From: a virus
Reading direction: 5' to 3' (one strand)
Virus record (IMG/VR): IMGVR_UViG_3300020047_004329
Coordinates: 1-39,303 of that record
DNA length: 39,303 nucleotides
Part shown: piece after piece, positions 25,987-34,114 of the stretch
Position numbering within the stretch: the stretch's first letter is position 1
Layout of the letters: each line of letters opens with the position of its first letter
The notes under the pieces: generated by a model
What the model was told of the DNA's origin: nothing
Database searches by the model: none
Seen by the model: only the letters and a program-made list of their open reading frames with translations
Translations under genes and position numbers: made by a program

Positions 25987-26573
25987 GCTGTCTCCAGTTT
26001 TGGTTTGGCCTTAGAGACTTTCGCCTCGGCACGTTTGTTAATCCTGCTGATAGCGTCTGCGTCGTTCTCTTGCATTGCTGTGGAGATGGCGTCGGCTACG
26101 ATGCGTTTCAGTTCGCCAGCAGTGGCAGCGGTGTCAATGGCTGCGTATTGGTCTGCAAGCCAGTTGTCGCGGGCTTCGTTTCTGGCGGCGTCCTGCTTCG
26201 CCTTGCTGCCTGCGTTGCCGTCGTCGTCTTCCGGGGCGATGCCACACGCGGCCATGAGTGAGTACCTGCGGGCGTAGGTAAGAGCGGACCCGTAGCCCTG
26301 CGGGTCTTGCTTGGCGGCAGGAACGTGCAGGCTCCCGCATGACAGCGTTTCACCCGATTCGTGGATAAACATGGTTTCCACAATCACGCCATTGGCCGAT
26401 TCGTGACACTGCTGAATAAGGGCAATGCCGTTGTCGTTTAGGGCGTCAATCACCGCTTCCACGCACGCGGACAGGTCGGCGTACTTGCTTTTGAAGTGCG
26501 GGTTAGTGTTGGTCTTGAGCGCAGGCCCGAAGGCCTTTTGCGCCTTGACGAATGCCGATGCAATGTTTTTCAT
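25983..26573 (-). CDS. erf: ERF-family single-strand annealing recombinase
   Basis: 196 aa. The AF.KAQ......K...NPHFKSKYADL..........L...GI...Q pattern is typical of the ERF superfamily. ATGA-coupled to the exonuclease gene. Confidence 0.8.
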   Translation of the reverse strand: MKNIASAFVKAQKAFGPALKTNTNPHFKSKYADLSACVEAVIDALNDNGIALIQQCHESANGVIVETMFIHESGETLSCGSLHVPAAKQDPQGYGSALTYARRYSLMAACGIAPEDDDGNAGSKAKQDAARNEARDNWLADQYAAIDTAATAGELKRIVADAISTAMQENDADAISRINKRAEAKVSKAKPKLETA

Positions 26574-26581
26574 GGTGATCC

Positions 26582-26695
26582 TCAGAAGGGCAGTTTTTGA
26601 AACGCAATCCCGTAGGCGATGCGCAGCGCATAGAAGCGCGGGTTGTGTTGGCTATACAGGCGATACACCTGTAGGAATTCGGTGATGCGGCTCAT
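26582..26695 (-). CDS. hypothetical protein (37 aa)
   Basis: ATG at 26695 overlaps the stop of the upstream small ORF (ATGA). Confidence 0.3.
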   Translation of the reverse strand: MSRITEFLQVYRLYSQHNPRFYALRIAYGIAFQKLPF

Positions 26696-26868
26696 GCTGC
26701 CCACCAGTGCGCCAATGAAGCGGCAAGCAAAATCCCAATGACGACAGCCAGCACAACACCAGCGGCAGATTCCGTGCGGCTTTGCGGGAAGTGCTGGATT
26801 GCATTCCCTCCCGCGATAAACGTACATTCATCAAGAGTGCGCGGCGATTTTGTGTAGCTGGATTTCAT
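26692..26868 (-). CDS. small membrane protein (58 aa)
   Basis: Below the track cutoff. ATGA overlaps at both ends. C-terminal TM segment AAGVVLAVVIGILLAASLAHWW. Confidence 0.35.
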   Translation of the reverse strand: MKSSYTKSPRTLDECTFIAGGNAIQHFPQSRTESAAGVVLAVVIGILLAASLAHWWAA

Positions 26869-27065
26869 TGCAGCGGCTCCCCATATGCGGTGTTTGCGCG
26901 AACGTGCTTTGTCAGCGCAGCAGGACGCGACACAGCGGCGACCTGTTCGGCGTCGTCGGCGGTTACTTCCAAGTCGCTGCGAGTCGTTCGCATGATTGCC
27001 AGGATGGCGACCATGAGAGCGATGTAGACGGCCAGGCCGATGGCGATGGCGATAACTGTGTTCAT
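26865..27065 (-). CDS. small membrane protein
   Basis: 66 aa with an N-terminal TM segment VIAIAIGLAVYIALMVAILAI. Confidence 0.5.
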   Translation of the reverse strand: MNTVIAIAIGLAVYIALMVAILAIMRTTRSDLEVTADDAEQVAAVSRPAALTKHVRANTAYGEPLQ

Positions 27066-27370
27066 GCCGCCTCCGTGTCGAACGTGAGTGCTTGAAGTTT
27101 GCTTATCTTGTCGTTTATGTGGTTGACCTTGACCTGTGCGTCAGCTAGAACCTCGGCGCGTTGCCGCTCAAGCTCTGCCGTCGCGTCGGCAATAGGGTTC
27201 CAGTCTTCCGGCAGTTCAATGGTTACTTCCATCTTGCTGATAAACCGGTCCCTGTCGTACAGCCAGTTCCTGACTGCAATCTCCATGCCGTCGATCTTGC
27301 AGGGGCTTTTGTCCCATGAAGAATCATCAATTTTTGCTGTAAAGTAAATCGGGAAAGTCAGTGTTTTCAT
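27062..27370 (-). CDS. hypothetical protein
   Basis: 102-aa ORF with a C-terminal coiled coil. Confidence 0.55.
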   Translation of the reverse strand: MKTLTFPIYFTAKIDDSSWDKSPCKIDGMEIAVRNWLYDRDRFISKMEVTIELPEDWNPIADATAELERQRAEVLADAQVKVNHINDKISKLQALTFDTEAA

Positions 27371-27379
27371 GATTGCCCT

Positions 27380-27649
27380 TCAGATTGAGTTAAAAAGAAA
27401 CGGCAGCACATGCCCCGACTGGCGCGGCGTGTCTGCATCCAGTTCCATCACGCGGCGTGGGTGCTGCGCGAAGTCTTCAAGCGTTAGCGTTTCCTCGCTT
27501 ACGCATTCCTCAAGAATCGAAATGCAGTCGTCAAGGCACTGCGTATCGAAGCTGCATTGCTTGCCTGCGAGACACTGCACGATGTCGAGCGCATCCTGTG
27601 CGGTGATGACTCGCATTTCTCGGATTGCGCGTAGGACTGCGGTTGTCAT
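27380..27649 (-). CDS. hypothetical acidic Cys-containing protein
   Basis: 89-aa ORF. Confidence 0.5.
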   Translation of the reverse strand: MTTAVLRAIREMRVITAQDALDIVQCLAGKQCSFDTQCLDDCISILEECVSEETLTLEDFAQHPRRVMELDADTPRQSGHVLPFLFNSI

Positions 27650-27664
27650 GTCTGCTCCTGTGGG

Positions 27665-28354
27665 TTAGTCTTTGCGGGCGTGAGTAATCCGTGAAACGGC
27701 GACCTCGATAAGCAGCCGGTATTCAAGGTGCGTTCTGTCGTCGTGTTCTTTTTCGGACTTGGACAGAAACTCATCAATAGAACCTGCGAAGCAACCGCGA
27801 GCCAGTTCAATGCTGTTGTCTTTGGTGTTGTAGGCGGTAAGCGTTCCGTTTTCAGTGCCTACTTTGCTTGCCCAAAAAATCAAGCCATCGCCGTACACCC
27901 CCGCATCGCCGGACACCCACGCATCGCCGTACACCCGCGCATTGCCGAACACCCGCGCATTGCCGTACACCTACGCATCGCCGGACACCCACGCATCGCC
28001 GGACACCCACGCATTGCCGTACACCCGCGCATTGCCGGACACCCGCGCATTGCCGTACACCCGCGCATTGCCGGACACCCGCGCATTGCCGGACACCCGC
28101 GCATCGCCGTACACCCGCGCATCGCCGTACACCTGCGCATCGCCGGACACCCGCGCATTGCCGTACACCCGCGCATCGCCGGACACCCACGCATTGCCAT
28201 CTTGGCTAAGTGATTTTTCGCTCTCGATATACCCGCCCAGCGAACCGGCAGATGCAAAGTAGGAGATTGCAACGAGCGCCCGAATGCGCTTCACGGTGCG
28301 GCCCGGTGCGATGGTGATTTCATCGCCTGGGACGAATTCGTATTTTTTGCTCAT
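27665..28354 (-). pseudogene. hexapeptide-repeat (left-handed beta-helix) protein interrupted by an in-frame TAG at 27971-27973
   Basis: ATG at 28354 (SD aagga). About 17 units of G-[DN]-A-x-V-[SY]. The TAG sits where other units have TGG, CGG or CAG. The frame continues into a well-formed C-terminal domain ending at 27665. Confidence 0.6.
27884..28198 (-). repeat. 18-bp tandem repeat array (about 17.5 units), coding
   Basis: ggacacccgcgcattgcc / gtacacccgcgcatcgcc variants reiterated head to tail. This generates long spurious ORFs in several frames. Confidence 0.9.
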
Positions 28355-28371
28355 GGTCTGTTCCTTGGTGG

Positions 28372-28575
28372 TTAGGCGGAAACGTGGCGTAAATGGCTGG
28401 TGACCTCTTGGCGAACCCAAGGAGCGCCGCCGTGCAGACTCATCATGTCCACGCCGCTGACAGACTTGTCGACGCTCTGCGACACGACGATTCCCGTGCC
28501 CATAGGACGCCATTCGTTCAGCACGTAGACGCCGACGCGCACTTTGTCGCCGACTTTGATTTCATTGGTTTGCAT
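28372..28575 (-). CDS. hypothetical protein
   Basis: 67-aa ORF flanked on both sides by the 25-nt CCTAACCACCAAGGA(A/G)CAGACCATG junction cassette. Confidence 0.55.
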   Translation of the reverse strand: MQTNEIKVGDKVRVGVYVLNEWRPMGTGIVVSQSVDKSVSGVDMMSLHGGAPWVRQEVTSHLRHVSA

Positions 28576-28592
28576 GGTCTGCTCCTTGGTGG

Positions 28593-29210
28593 TTAGGCTG
28601 CGATCAATGTCATTTGCGATTCAGAACCCCATTGATCGGCCATTGCTTTGGCGATGCCGGGGAATGTGGCGCTGCGAATCTTCCAGCGGTCTGCGGATGG
28701 CGGCAGGTTGTACCAATCGGGCAAGCTGTTGCCGCCCTTGGTGATGTGCCGTGCGCCTTTGTCGACTACGTTGGTAGGCGTAAGGGTCGGCAACCCCTTG
28801 AGCCACAGGCAAGTGGTTTTCGTGGCCTCATGCCCGAACTGCCACGGCTGGATAATTTGCGTTGGCGGCTCGTACAGCGTGGACATGATTCCAACCGGGT
28901 TCTCTACTCCCGTCTTCGGTATGTGCGCAGATTGCCGCAGGACGCGCATGAAGAACGACGCGCCCGCTGCTTGCCTGCCGTCCATCCATTTCGCTGCAAA
29001 GTGCTTTGCTCCACTGACGGCAAGGTGCGTGCAAGGCGAGAAGAAAATCGCCAAGTCCCACGGGTAATCAATAACGTCGAACAGGTCGCCCTTGTAGTGC
29101 GGGCCGGGACTGTCTGTGTCCAGCAAGTCGCAGGACATAGCCTTGTGCCCTTTTGCCAAGAAGGCATCGCGCACAGCGCCCGACGACTCGCAGCCGATAA
29201 GCACGTTCAT
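28593..29210 (-). CDS. DNA (cytosine-5)-methyltransferase-like protein
   Basis: Start set at the ATG at 29210 (the track start is a TTG). SPCTHLAVSG (PC motif IV) and VENPVG (ENV motif VI) are present. The N-terminal motif I is atypical (GCESSG). Confidence 0.65.
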   Translation of the reverse strand: MNVLIGCESSGAVRDAFLAKGHKAMSCDLLDTDSPGPHYKGDLFDVIDYPWDLAIFFSPCTHLAVSGAKHFAAKWMDGRQAAGASFFMRVLRQSAHIPKTGVENPVGIMSTLYEPPTQIIQPWQFGHEATKTTCLWLKGLPTLTPTNVVDKGARHITKGGNSLPDWYNLPPSADRWKIRSATFPGIAKAMADQWGSESQMTLIAA

Positions 29211-29211
29211 G

Positions 29212-29385
29212 TCAAGCAATCAGGGAAAGGCGGGCGGAGTCAATGCCAACCGATGCGATGAACTGCGCAAGGGTGGAAACCTGCATGCCGTAGAACTGCG
29301 CGACATCAGTGCAGGCGTCGATGGCGTTGGCCTGCATGTCGTGCCTGGCGAAGCTGTAAGCGGCGAGGATGGTGGGGTTGATCAT
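29212..29385 (-). CDS. hypothetical protein, first gene of leftward operon
   Basis: Start trimmed to the ATG at 29385 (SD aggag), downstream of the predicted leftward promoter. 57 aa. Confidence 0.45.
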   Translation of the reverse strand: MINPTILAAYSFARHDMQANAIDACTDVAQFYGMQVSTLAQFIASVGIDSARLSLIA

Positions 29386-29416
29386 TTGCGGCTCCTGGGT
29401 TGTTTGCTGGTGTGCC

Positions 29417-29600
29417 TCTAGTCTAATCACCTTTGACTTGATTGTCAAAACATATTTGACCTAAATCGTAGGGGAAAACCCTAATCCGACAAAAAAGACG
29501 AAAAAAAGCCAGCACGCGGCGGGGCCATAGTAGGACCAGTTCAATCGCGGGGTCAAAATGTATTTGACTTGATTGTCAAATGTGTTTAGACTATCGCACA
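29417..29600. promoter_or_regulatory. back-to-back divergent early promoters with duplicated 18-bp operator
   Basis: TTTGACTTGATTGTCAAA occurs at 29432-29449 and 29563-29580. Leftward promoter: TTGACA (complement of 29444-29449), 17 nt, TAGACT (complement of 29421-29426). Rightward promoter: TTGACT 29565-29570, 17 nt, TAGACT 29588-29593. Confidence 0.6.
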
Positions 29601-29863
29601 TGGACATTTCTCAACCCTCCCACAAAGCGGCGCTGTACCGTGCTGCCGAGATGCTCGGCGGGCAAGCTGGCGTTTCCAAGAAACTCGGTTATGACGATAG
29701 GCGCAACGTGTCGCCTTGGTTTACTACCGACAGAGTCTTGCCACCTGAGCATTGCGTAACGATTGAGCAGGCCACCGGAGGCGCAGTCACTCGAAAAGAC
29801 TTGCGCCCCGACGACTGGGAGGCTATCTGGCCCGAGTTGGCAGACAAGCACGCATCTGTCTGA
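29600..29863 (+). CDS. Cro/YdaS-like HTH regulator
   Basis: Start set at the ATG at 29600, about 7 nt after the -10 element, so possibly leaderless. 87 aa. The GGQAGVSKKLGY..RRNVSPWF....LPPEHC..IE..TGG motif resembles the YdaS/Cro family. Confidence 0.6.
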   Translation: MDISQPSHKAALYRAAEMLGGQAGVSKKLGYDDRRNVSPWFTTDRVLPPEHCVTIEQATGGAVTRKDLRPDDWEAIWPELADKHASV

Positions 29864-29911
29864 GCACCAAGCCCAGACACCCAGCGCACACACACCCGGA
29901 GCACACCCGCA

Positions 29912-30256
29912 ATGCCCGACCTGATCGACCAAGCCCGCGCCCTCGCCGCCCGTCACTTCACCAGAAACGCCATGGCCGTCGAGCTGGGGCTTACCTGCTC
30001 CCAAGTCGACCGGCTCTTGCGCGTCAACAACATCACGACCCGTGGCAAGCGCGGAGTGAAGCCAATGGACGACACTCCAGCGGTCCACGGTTGTGGCGGG
30101 CAGAAGCCTGCAAAGCTGATGCCATCCGCGCAGGCGCTGGCCCGTGCTTCTATTTGGAGTTTCGCTGGTGGCGTTGGTCATGTTTCAACTTTGCCAGTTC
30201 GAGCCACTCAGGAAGAGAACCAAGCGCTTCGGCGCGTACTCATGGGGGCCAAATGA
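29912..30256 (+). CDS. HTH-containing hypothetical protein
   Basis: 114-aa ORF with an HTH-like segment (RNAMAVELGLTCSQVDRLLR). Confidence 0.45.
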   Translation: MPDLIDQARALAARHFTRNAMAVELGLTCSQVDRLLRVNNITTRGKRGVKPMDDTPAVHGCGGQKPAKLMPSAQALARASIWSFAGGVGHVSTLPVRATQEENQALRRVLMGAK

Positions 30257-30818
30257 ACGCATTCGACATCCCGAAACAGTCAGCATTCGCTGGCGACCCG
30301 GCCTTTTACGGCCAGCGCCTGATTCAGCATCGTGGCGCACCAATGCAGATTGGTCCGGGCAGGCCCAGGGTCGCGGTGAACAAAGAAGCCCTGATCGCCT
30401 ACCGCCTATCCGGCAAGACCATGCGCGACTGTGCAAAAGAGTTCGGTGTGTCGACCAAGTGGATTTATCTCAACTGCAAAGACTTCCCGTCTGTGGAAAT
30501 CGCCGAGCGCCAGAAGACCTACAAATATTCTGCCGACACCGAAGCAGTCAAAGCCATGCGAGATACGGGCGCGACATACGAAGCTATTGCAAAGCACTTC
30601 GGCATGACGATTGGAGCCACGCGGTTCCGTCTTCAGGGCCACCCAAAGCCGCGCAGGATGGCGACAACACCACAGGCAGACAAGCAGCGCAAAAGGGCAG
30701 CAAAGGCACCACGGGCGCGGCATATGAGATACGGCTATCGGCAGAGCAGCGCGAGATTGTGCGTCGCATGGGTGGCGCTGTATGGGTTCGATCACTGATA
30801 GATGGGGCGGCAGCATGA
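30253..30818 (+). CDS. HTH DNA-binding protein, apparently needing a -1 frame change (30253..~30705 frame 1, then frame 0 to 30818)
   Basis: ATG at 30253 (ATGA overlap). Two HTH-like segments. The frame-1 tail is junk-like. Frame 0 gives YEIRLSAEQREIVRRMGGAVWVRSLIDGAAA*, whose stop is ATGA-coupled to the next gene. Confidence 0.45.
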
Positions 30819-31018
30819 GCCCGTTTAACTGGCGCGGCCCATCGCAAAGCGGGCTGTGTGATGCGCCTCCGCTGGTCGAGTTGCGGCCACAAAACGCATA
30901 TTACTGGCGCAAGAAAGCCGGACTAACAGGTTCCCGCGTTGCCCCCGTCCGGGGATGGCGCAAAACAAAACCCGCAAACAGCGCGAACTGTGAGCGGGCT
31001 TCTAACCACGGTAACTAA
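30815..31018 (+). CDS. hypothetical protein
   Basis: Start trimmed to the ATG at 30815. 67 aa. Confidence 0.4.
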   Translation: MSPFNWRGPSQSGLCDAPPLVELRPQNAYYWRKKAGLTGSRVAPVRGWRKTKPANSANCERASNHGN

Positions 31019-31029
31019 AGGACAGCTAC

Positions 31030-33261
31030 ATGGCTAAAGAGATTCTAGACGAATACAGCGAATTCATCCAAGCGAAAGCGGAGGCCAGCACCCCGGTGGG
31101 CTTTGAGCCCAAAGACATGGGGGCTGATTTGTTCGACTTCCAGCGGGCGATTGTCGAATGGGCATGTAAGCGCGGGCGGGCTGCGATCTTTGCGGATACC
31201 GGCCTGGGCAAGACTGCCATGCAGGTCGAATGGGCAAGGCAGGTCAACGAGCACACCGGGGGCGATGTTCTGATTGCTGCGCCCTTGTGTGTTGCACAGC
31301 AAACGGTCGAAGAGGCCGCAAAGTTTGGCATCCATGTCCGCTACTGCCGGGACAAGAAAGACGCCAAGCCGGGGATCACGATTACCAACTATGAAATGCT
31401 GGAGCGGTTCAACCCGGCAGACTTCGCTGGCGTGGTTTTGGATGAATCCTCGATTCTCAAGGCGCACGACAGCAAGACCCGCGCACGCATCACGGCCATG
31501 TTTCGGGATACGCCTTACAAGCTGTCTTGCACGGCCACGCCATCGCCAAATGATCACATGGAGCTTGGCAACCAGGCTGAGTTTCTCGGGGTTATGTCGG
31601 CGGTCGAAATGCTGGCAATGTTCTTTGTTCACGATGGCGGAGACACATCGCAATGGCGACTCAAGGGCCACGGCAAGACGCGGTTTTGGGAGTGGATGGC
31701 TACGTGGTCGATCTGCATCCGCAATCCTGCCGATCTTGGCTTTGATGGGTCCCGCTACAACTTGCCTGGACTGCGCATGCATCAGCATGTTGTCGAGTCT
31801 CCGGAAGCATTGCCAGGCCAGTTGTTCAGCGGCATTGCGCAAACCCTGACAGAACGCCGGAATGCCAAGCGCCAGAGCATGGCGGAGCGCATCCAAGTGA
31901 CCGCCGATTTAATCAACAGCCACAACCGGCCCGCCATCGTCTGGTGCCACCTGAATGATGAATCAAAAGCCATCGCAGCAACAATCCCGGATGCCGTAGA
32001 GGTCACTGGCTCGATGACACTGGACCAGAAAGAGGCCGCGATCGTGGCCTTCACACATGGCACGAAGCGAGTCATTGTTACCAAGCCATCTATAGCGGGT
32101 TTCGGCATGAATTGGCAGCACTGCCATGACATGGTTTTTGCTGGCCTGGATGACAGCTATGAGTCGTTCTACCAAGCCATTCGGCGGTGCCATCGTTTTG
32201 GACAGCATCACATCGTGGATGTGCACCTTGTCTCTGCCGAGTCCGAAGGCGCAGTAAAGGCGAATCTTGAGCGCAAACAGGCGCAGGCAGACGACATGGC
32301 TGATTCGATGGTGGCGCACATGCGCGAAATGACGCAACAAGCAATTAAGGGGGCGGCGGTGGAAAAGAGTGAATACAAGCGCGAAGTGGCGCATGGTAAT
32401 GGCTGGACGGTGCACCTTGGCGACTGCGTGGAAGTGGCCCGCGACATGCCCGACAACAGCATCGACTACTCGGTTTTCTCGCCGCCATTCGCATCGCTCT
32501 ACACCTACAGCAACAGCGACAGGGACATGGGGAACTGCAAGACGACCAGCGAGTTCTATGAGCATTTCCGGTTTTTGGTGCGCGAGTTGTACCGCGTCAT
32601 CAAGCCGGGTCGGTTGCTGTCTTTCCATTGCATGGACTTGCAGACATCAAAGTTTCGCGACGGAGTGATCGGCCTGCACGACTTCACTGGCGAACTGACC
32701 CGCATGTTCACGGAAGAGGGATGGATTTACCACTCCAAGGTGACGATCTGGAAAGACCCGGTAACGGCCATGCAGCGCACAAAAGCGCTCGGGCTACTGC
32801 ACAAGACCATCCGCAAGGATTCCAGCATGTCGCGCCAGGGCATCGCCGACTATCTGGTGACGATGAGAAAGCCGGGGGACAACGCGGAGCCCATCGCGCA
32901 CACACACGAAACATTCCCGGTCCAGAAGTGGCAGCGCTACGCATCACCCGTTTGGATGGACATAAACCCGTCTAGGACGCTTCAATTCAAGACGGCAAGG
33001 GAGTCGGACGACGAACGCCACATATGCCCGCTGCAGCTTGATGTGATCGAACGGGCCATGGAGCTTTGGAGCAATCCCGGCGATCTGGTTTTCTCGCCAT
33101 TCACCGGCATAGGTTCAGAGGGTTACGTCTCGATTGAAATGGGCCGGAAGTTTGTGGGCGCTGAGTTGAAGCGCAGTTATTGGGAGCTTGCAAAGCGAAA
33201 TCTGTCCGAAGCCCGCGAGCATCAAGAAACGGGGTTATTCGCAGAACTGGAAACGGCATGA
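31030..33261 (+). CDS. SNF2-family helicase fused to N6A/N4C DNA methyltransferase
   Basis: 743 aa. Helicase motifs: ADTGLGKT, VLDESS, CTATPSPN, QAIRRCHRFGQ. The C-terminal beta-class MTase has SPPF (motif IV) before FSPFTGIGSEG (motif I). Confidence 0.85.
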   Translation: MAKEILDEYSEFIQAKAEASTPVGFEPKDMGADLFDFQRAIVEWACKRGRAAIFADTGLGKTAMQVEWARQVNEHTGGDVLIAAPLCVAQQTVEEAAKFGIHVRYCRDKKDAKPGITITNYEMLERFNPADFAGVVLDESSILKAHDSKTRARITAMFRDTPYKLSCTATPSPNDHMELGNQAEFLGVMSAVEMLAMFFVHDGGDTSQWRLKGHGKTRFWEWMATWSICIRNPADLGFDGSRYNLPGLRMHQHVVESPEALPGQLFSGIAQTLTERRNAKRQSMAERIQVTADLINSHNRPAIVWCHLNDESKAIAATIPDAVEVTGSMTLDQKEAAIVAFTHGTKRVIVTKPSIAGFGMNWQHCHDMVFAGLDDSYESFYQAIRRCHRFGQHHIVDVHLVSAESEGAVKANLERKQAQADDMADSMVAHMREMTQQAIKGAAVEKSEYKREVAHGNGWTVHLGDCVEVARDMPDNSIDYSVFSPPFASLYTYSNSDRDMGNCKTTSEFYEHFRFLVRELYRVIKPGRLLSFHCMDLQTSKFRDGVIGLHDFTGELTRMFTEEGWIYHSKVTIWKDPVTAMQRTKALGLLHKTIRKDSSMSRQGIADYLVTMRKPGDNAEPIAHTHETFPVQKWQRYASPVWMDINPSRTLQFKTARESDDERHICPLQLDVIERAMELWSNPGDLVFSPFTGIGSEGYVSIEMGRKFVGAELKRSYWELAKRNLSEAREHQETGLFAELETA

Positions 33262-33455
33262 CACAAGCAGAAATCCTAGTACGCGCTATCAGGCGCAAGG
33301 CAATGACCTACGGCGACCTAGAGGCACTGCGCGTTTCTACATGCCCATGGAAACGATTGCAGGAAGCTGGACATCGTTTCTTGAAAGACGGCGAGCAGAT
33401 TGTGCGCAAGGTAGGGAGCGATGGCCTGGTGCGGATTGGGGTGACGAAGCTATGA
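33258..33455 (+). CDS. hypothetical protein
   Basis: Start trimmed to the ATG at 33258 (ATGA overlap). 65 aa. Confidence 0.45.
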   Translation: MTQAEILVRAIRRKAMTYGDLEALRVSTCPWKRLQEAGHRFLKDGEQIVRKVGSDGLVRIGVTKL

Positions 33456-34114
33456 CCCTGCAGATAAAGGACTGGAGCAAGTTCCAGCACTTCAAGGACC
33501 GCACGCCGCCATGGGTGAAGCTGTACCGAACCCTGTTGGATGACATTGAATGGCACAAGCTCGATGGTGTATCAGCAAAGTACCTCGTGATGCTTTGGCT
33601 GATAGCTGCAGAAACAGACCACGGCACATTGCCAGACACCGAAGAGATAGCGTTTCGGTTACGGACTGATATCAAGACGATATCAAAACTGATACCAAAG
33701 TTGCATCACTGGATAGTCGACGTTGATATCAAGACGATATCAAAAGTGAGATCCAAAGTGCCCGGAGAGACAGAGACAGAGACAGAGACAGAGACAGAGA
33801 GAGAGGCAATGCTGCTCTCTCAATTTTCGCCAAGACACCGGGAAACCGCAAAAGCCAAACGCCCGGACCTCCATGCCGAACGGACTTGGCTTTCGTTCTG
33901 CGGGTACTACGAACCGGAAAAGCGCAATCACACGAACTGGCTGAACTGGCTGGCCCGCGAAACCGGGGGAGCAGACAAGCCGCCATCGGTGCATGACGCC
34001 GACAGCAGGGCATCGGTTGAGGCGCTCGGGATGTCTCGGGGCATGGGCAAATGGAACGAAATGACGGAACGATGGGACGCATACGCCAGCCGCGTGAAAG
34101 GAATTCCAGCATGA
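33452..34114 (+). CDS. replication-initiation / origin-binding protein candidate
   Basis: Start trimmed to the ATG at 33452 (ATGA overlap). 220 aa. N-terminal W.KF.HF......W.KLY..LLDD.EW..L motif. The gene contains iterons and a microsatellite, much as lambda O contains ori. Confidence 0.45.
   Translation: MTLQIKDWSKFQHFKDRTPPWVKLYRTLLDDIEWHKLDGVSAKYLVMLWLIAAETDHGTLPDTEEIAFRLRTDIKTISKLIPKLHHWIVDVDIKTISKVRSKVPGETETETETETEREAMLLSQFSPRHRETAKAKRPDLHAERTWLSFCGYYEPEKRNHTNWLNWLARETGGADKPPSVHDADSRASVEALGMSRGMGKWNEMTERWDAYASRVKGIPA
33667..33806 (+). repeat. candidate origin: two 22-bp iterons plus (CAGAGA)n purine tract
   Basis: tgatatcaagacgatatcaaaa occurs at 33667-33688 and 33724-33745, each with two GATATC palindromes. 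A GAGACA-type hexanucleotide microsatellite at 33765-33806 encodes (ET)6. Confidence 0.45.

Noticed and set aside
27852-28272. Highly regular 18-bp repeats that could be mistaken for a CRISPR array, plus several long ORFs in other frames (PRIAGHPRIA..., CAGVRQCAGVRR..., HRRTPAHCRTP...).
   Set aside because: The units are contiguous with no spacers, and one frame gives a classic hexapeptide beta-helix protein joined to non-repeat N- and C-terminal domains. The other-frame ORFs are by-products of the repeat.
29461-29560. A-rich spacer between the divergent promoters, with a small tagggGAAAAcccta hairpin, as a possible sRNA or attP.
   Set aside because: No promoter/terminator pair and no repeat structure beyond the operators. 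It is most simply a regulatory spacer.
30144-30687. The upstream four-fifths of the 224-aa frame-0 ORF (track ORF 30144-30818) as part of a stand-alone gene.
   Set aside because: Most of it overlaps better-supported genes in other frames and is Arg/Pro/Ser-rich junk. Only its last ~35 codons look protein-like, so I interpret it as the target frame of a -1 shift.
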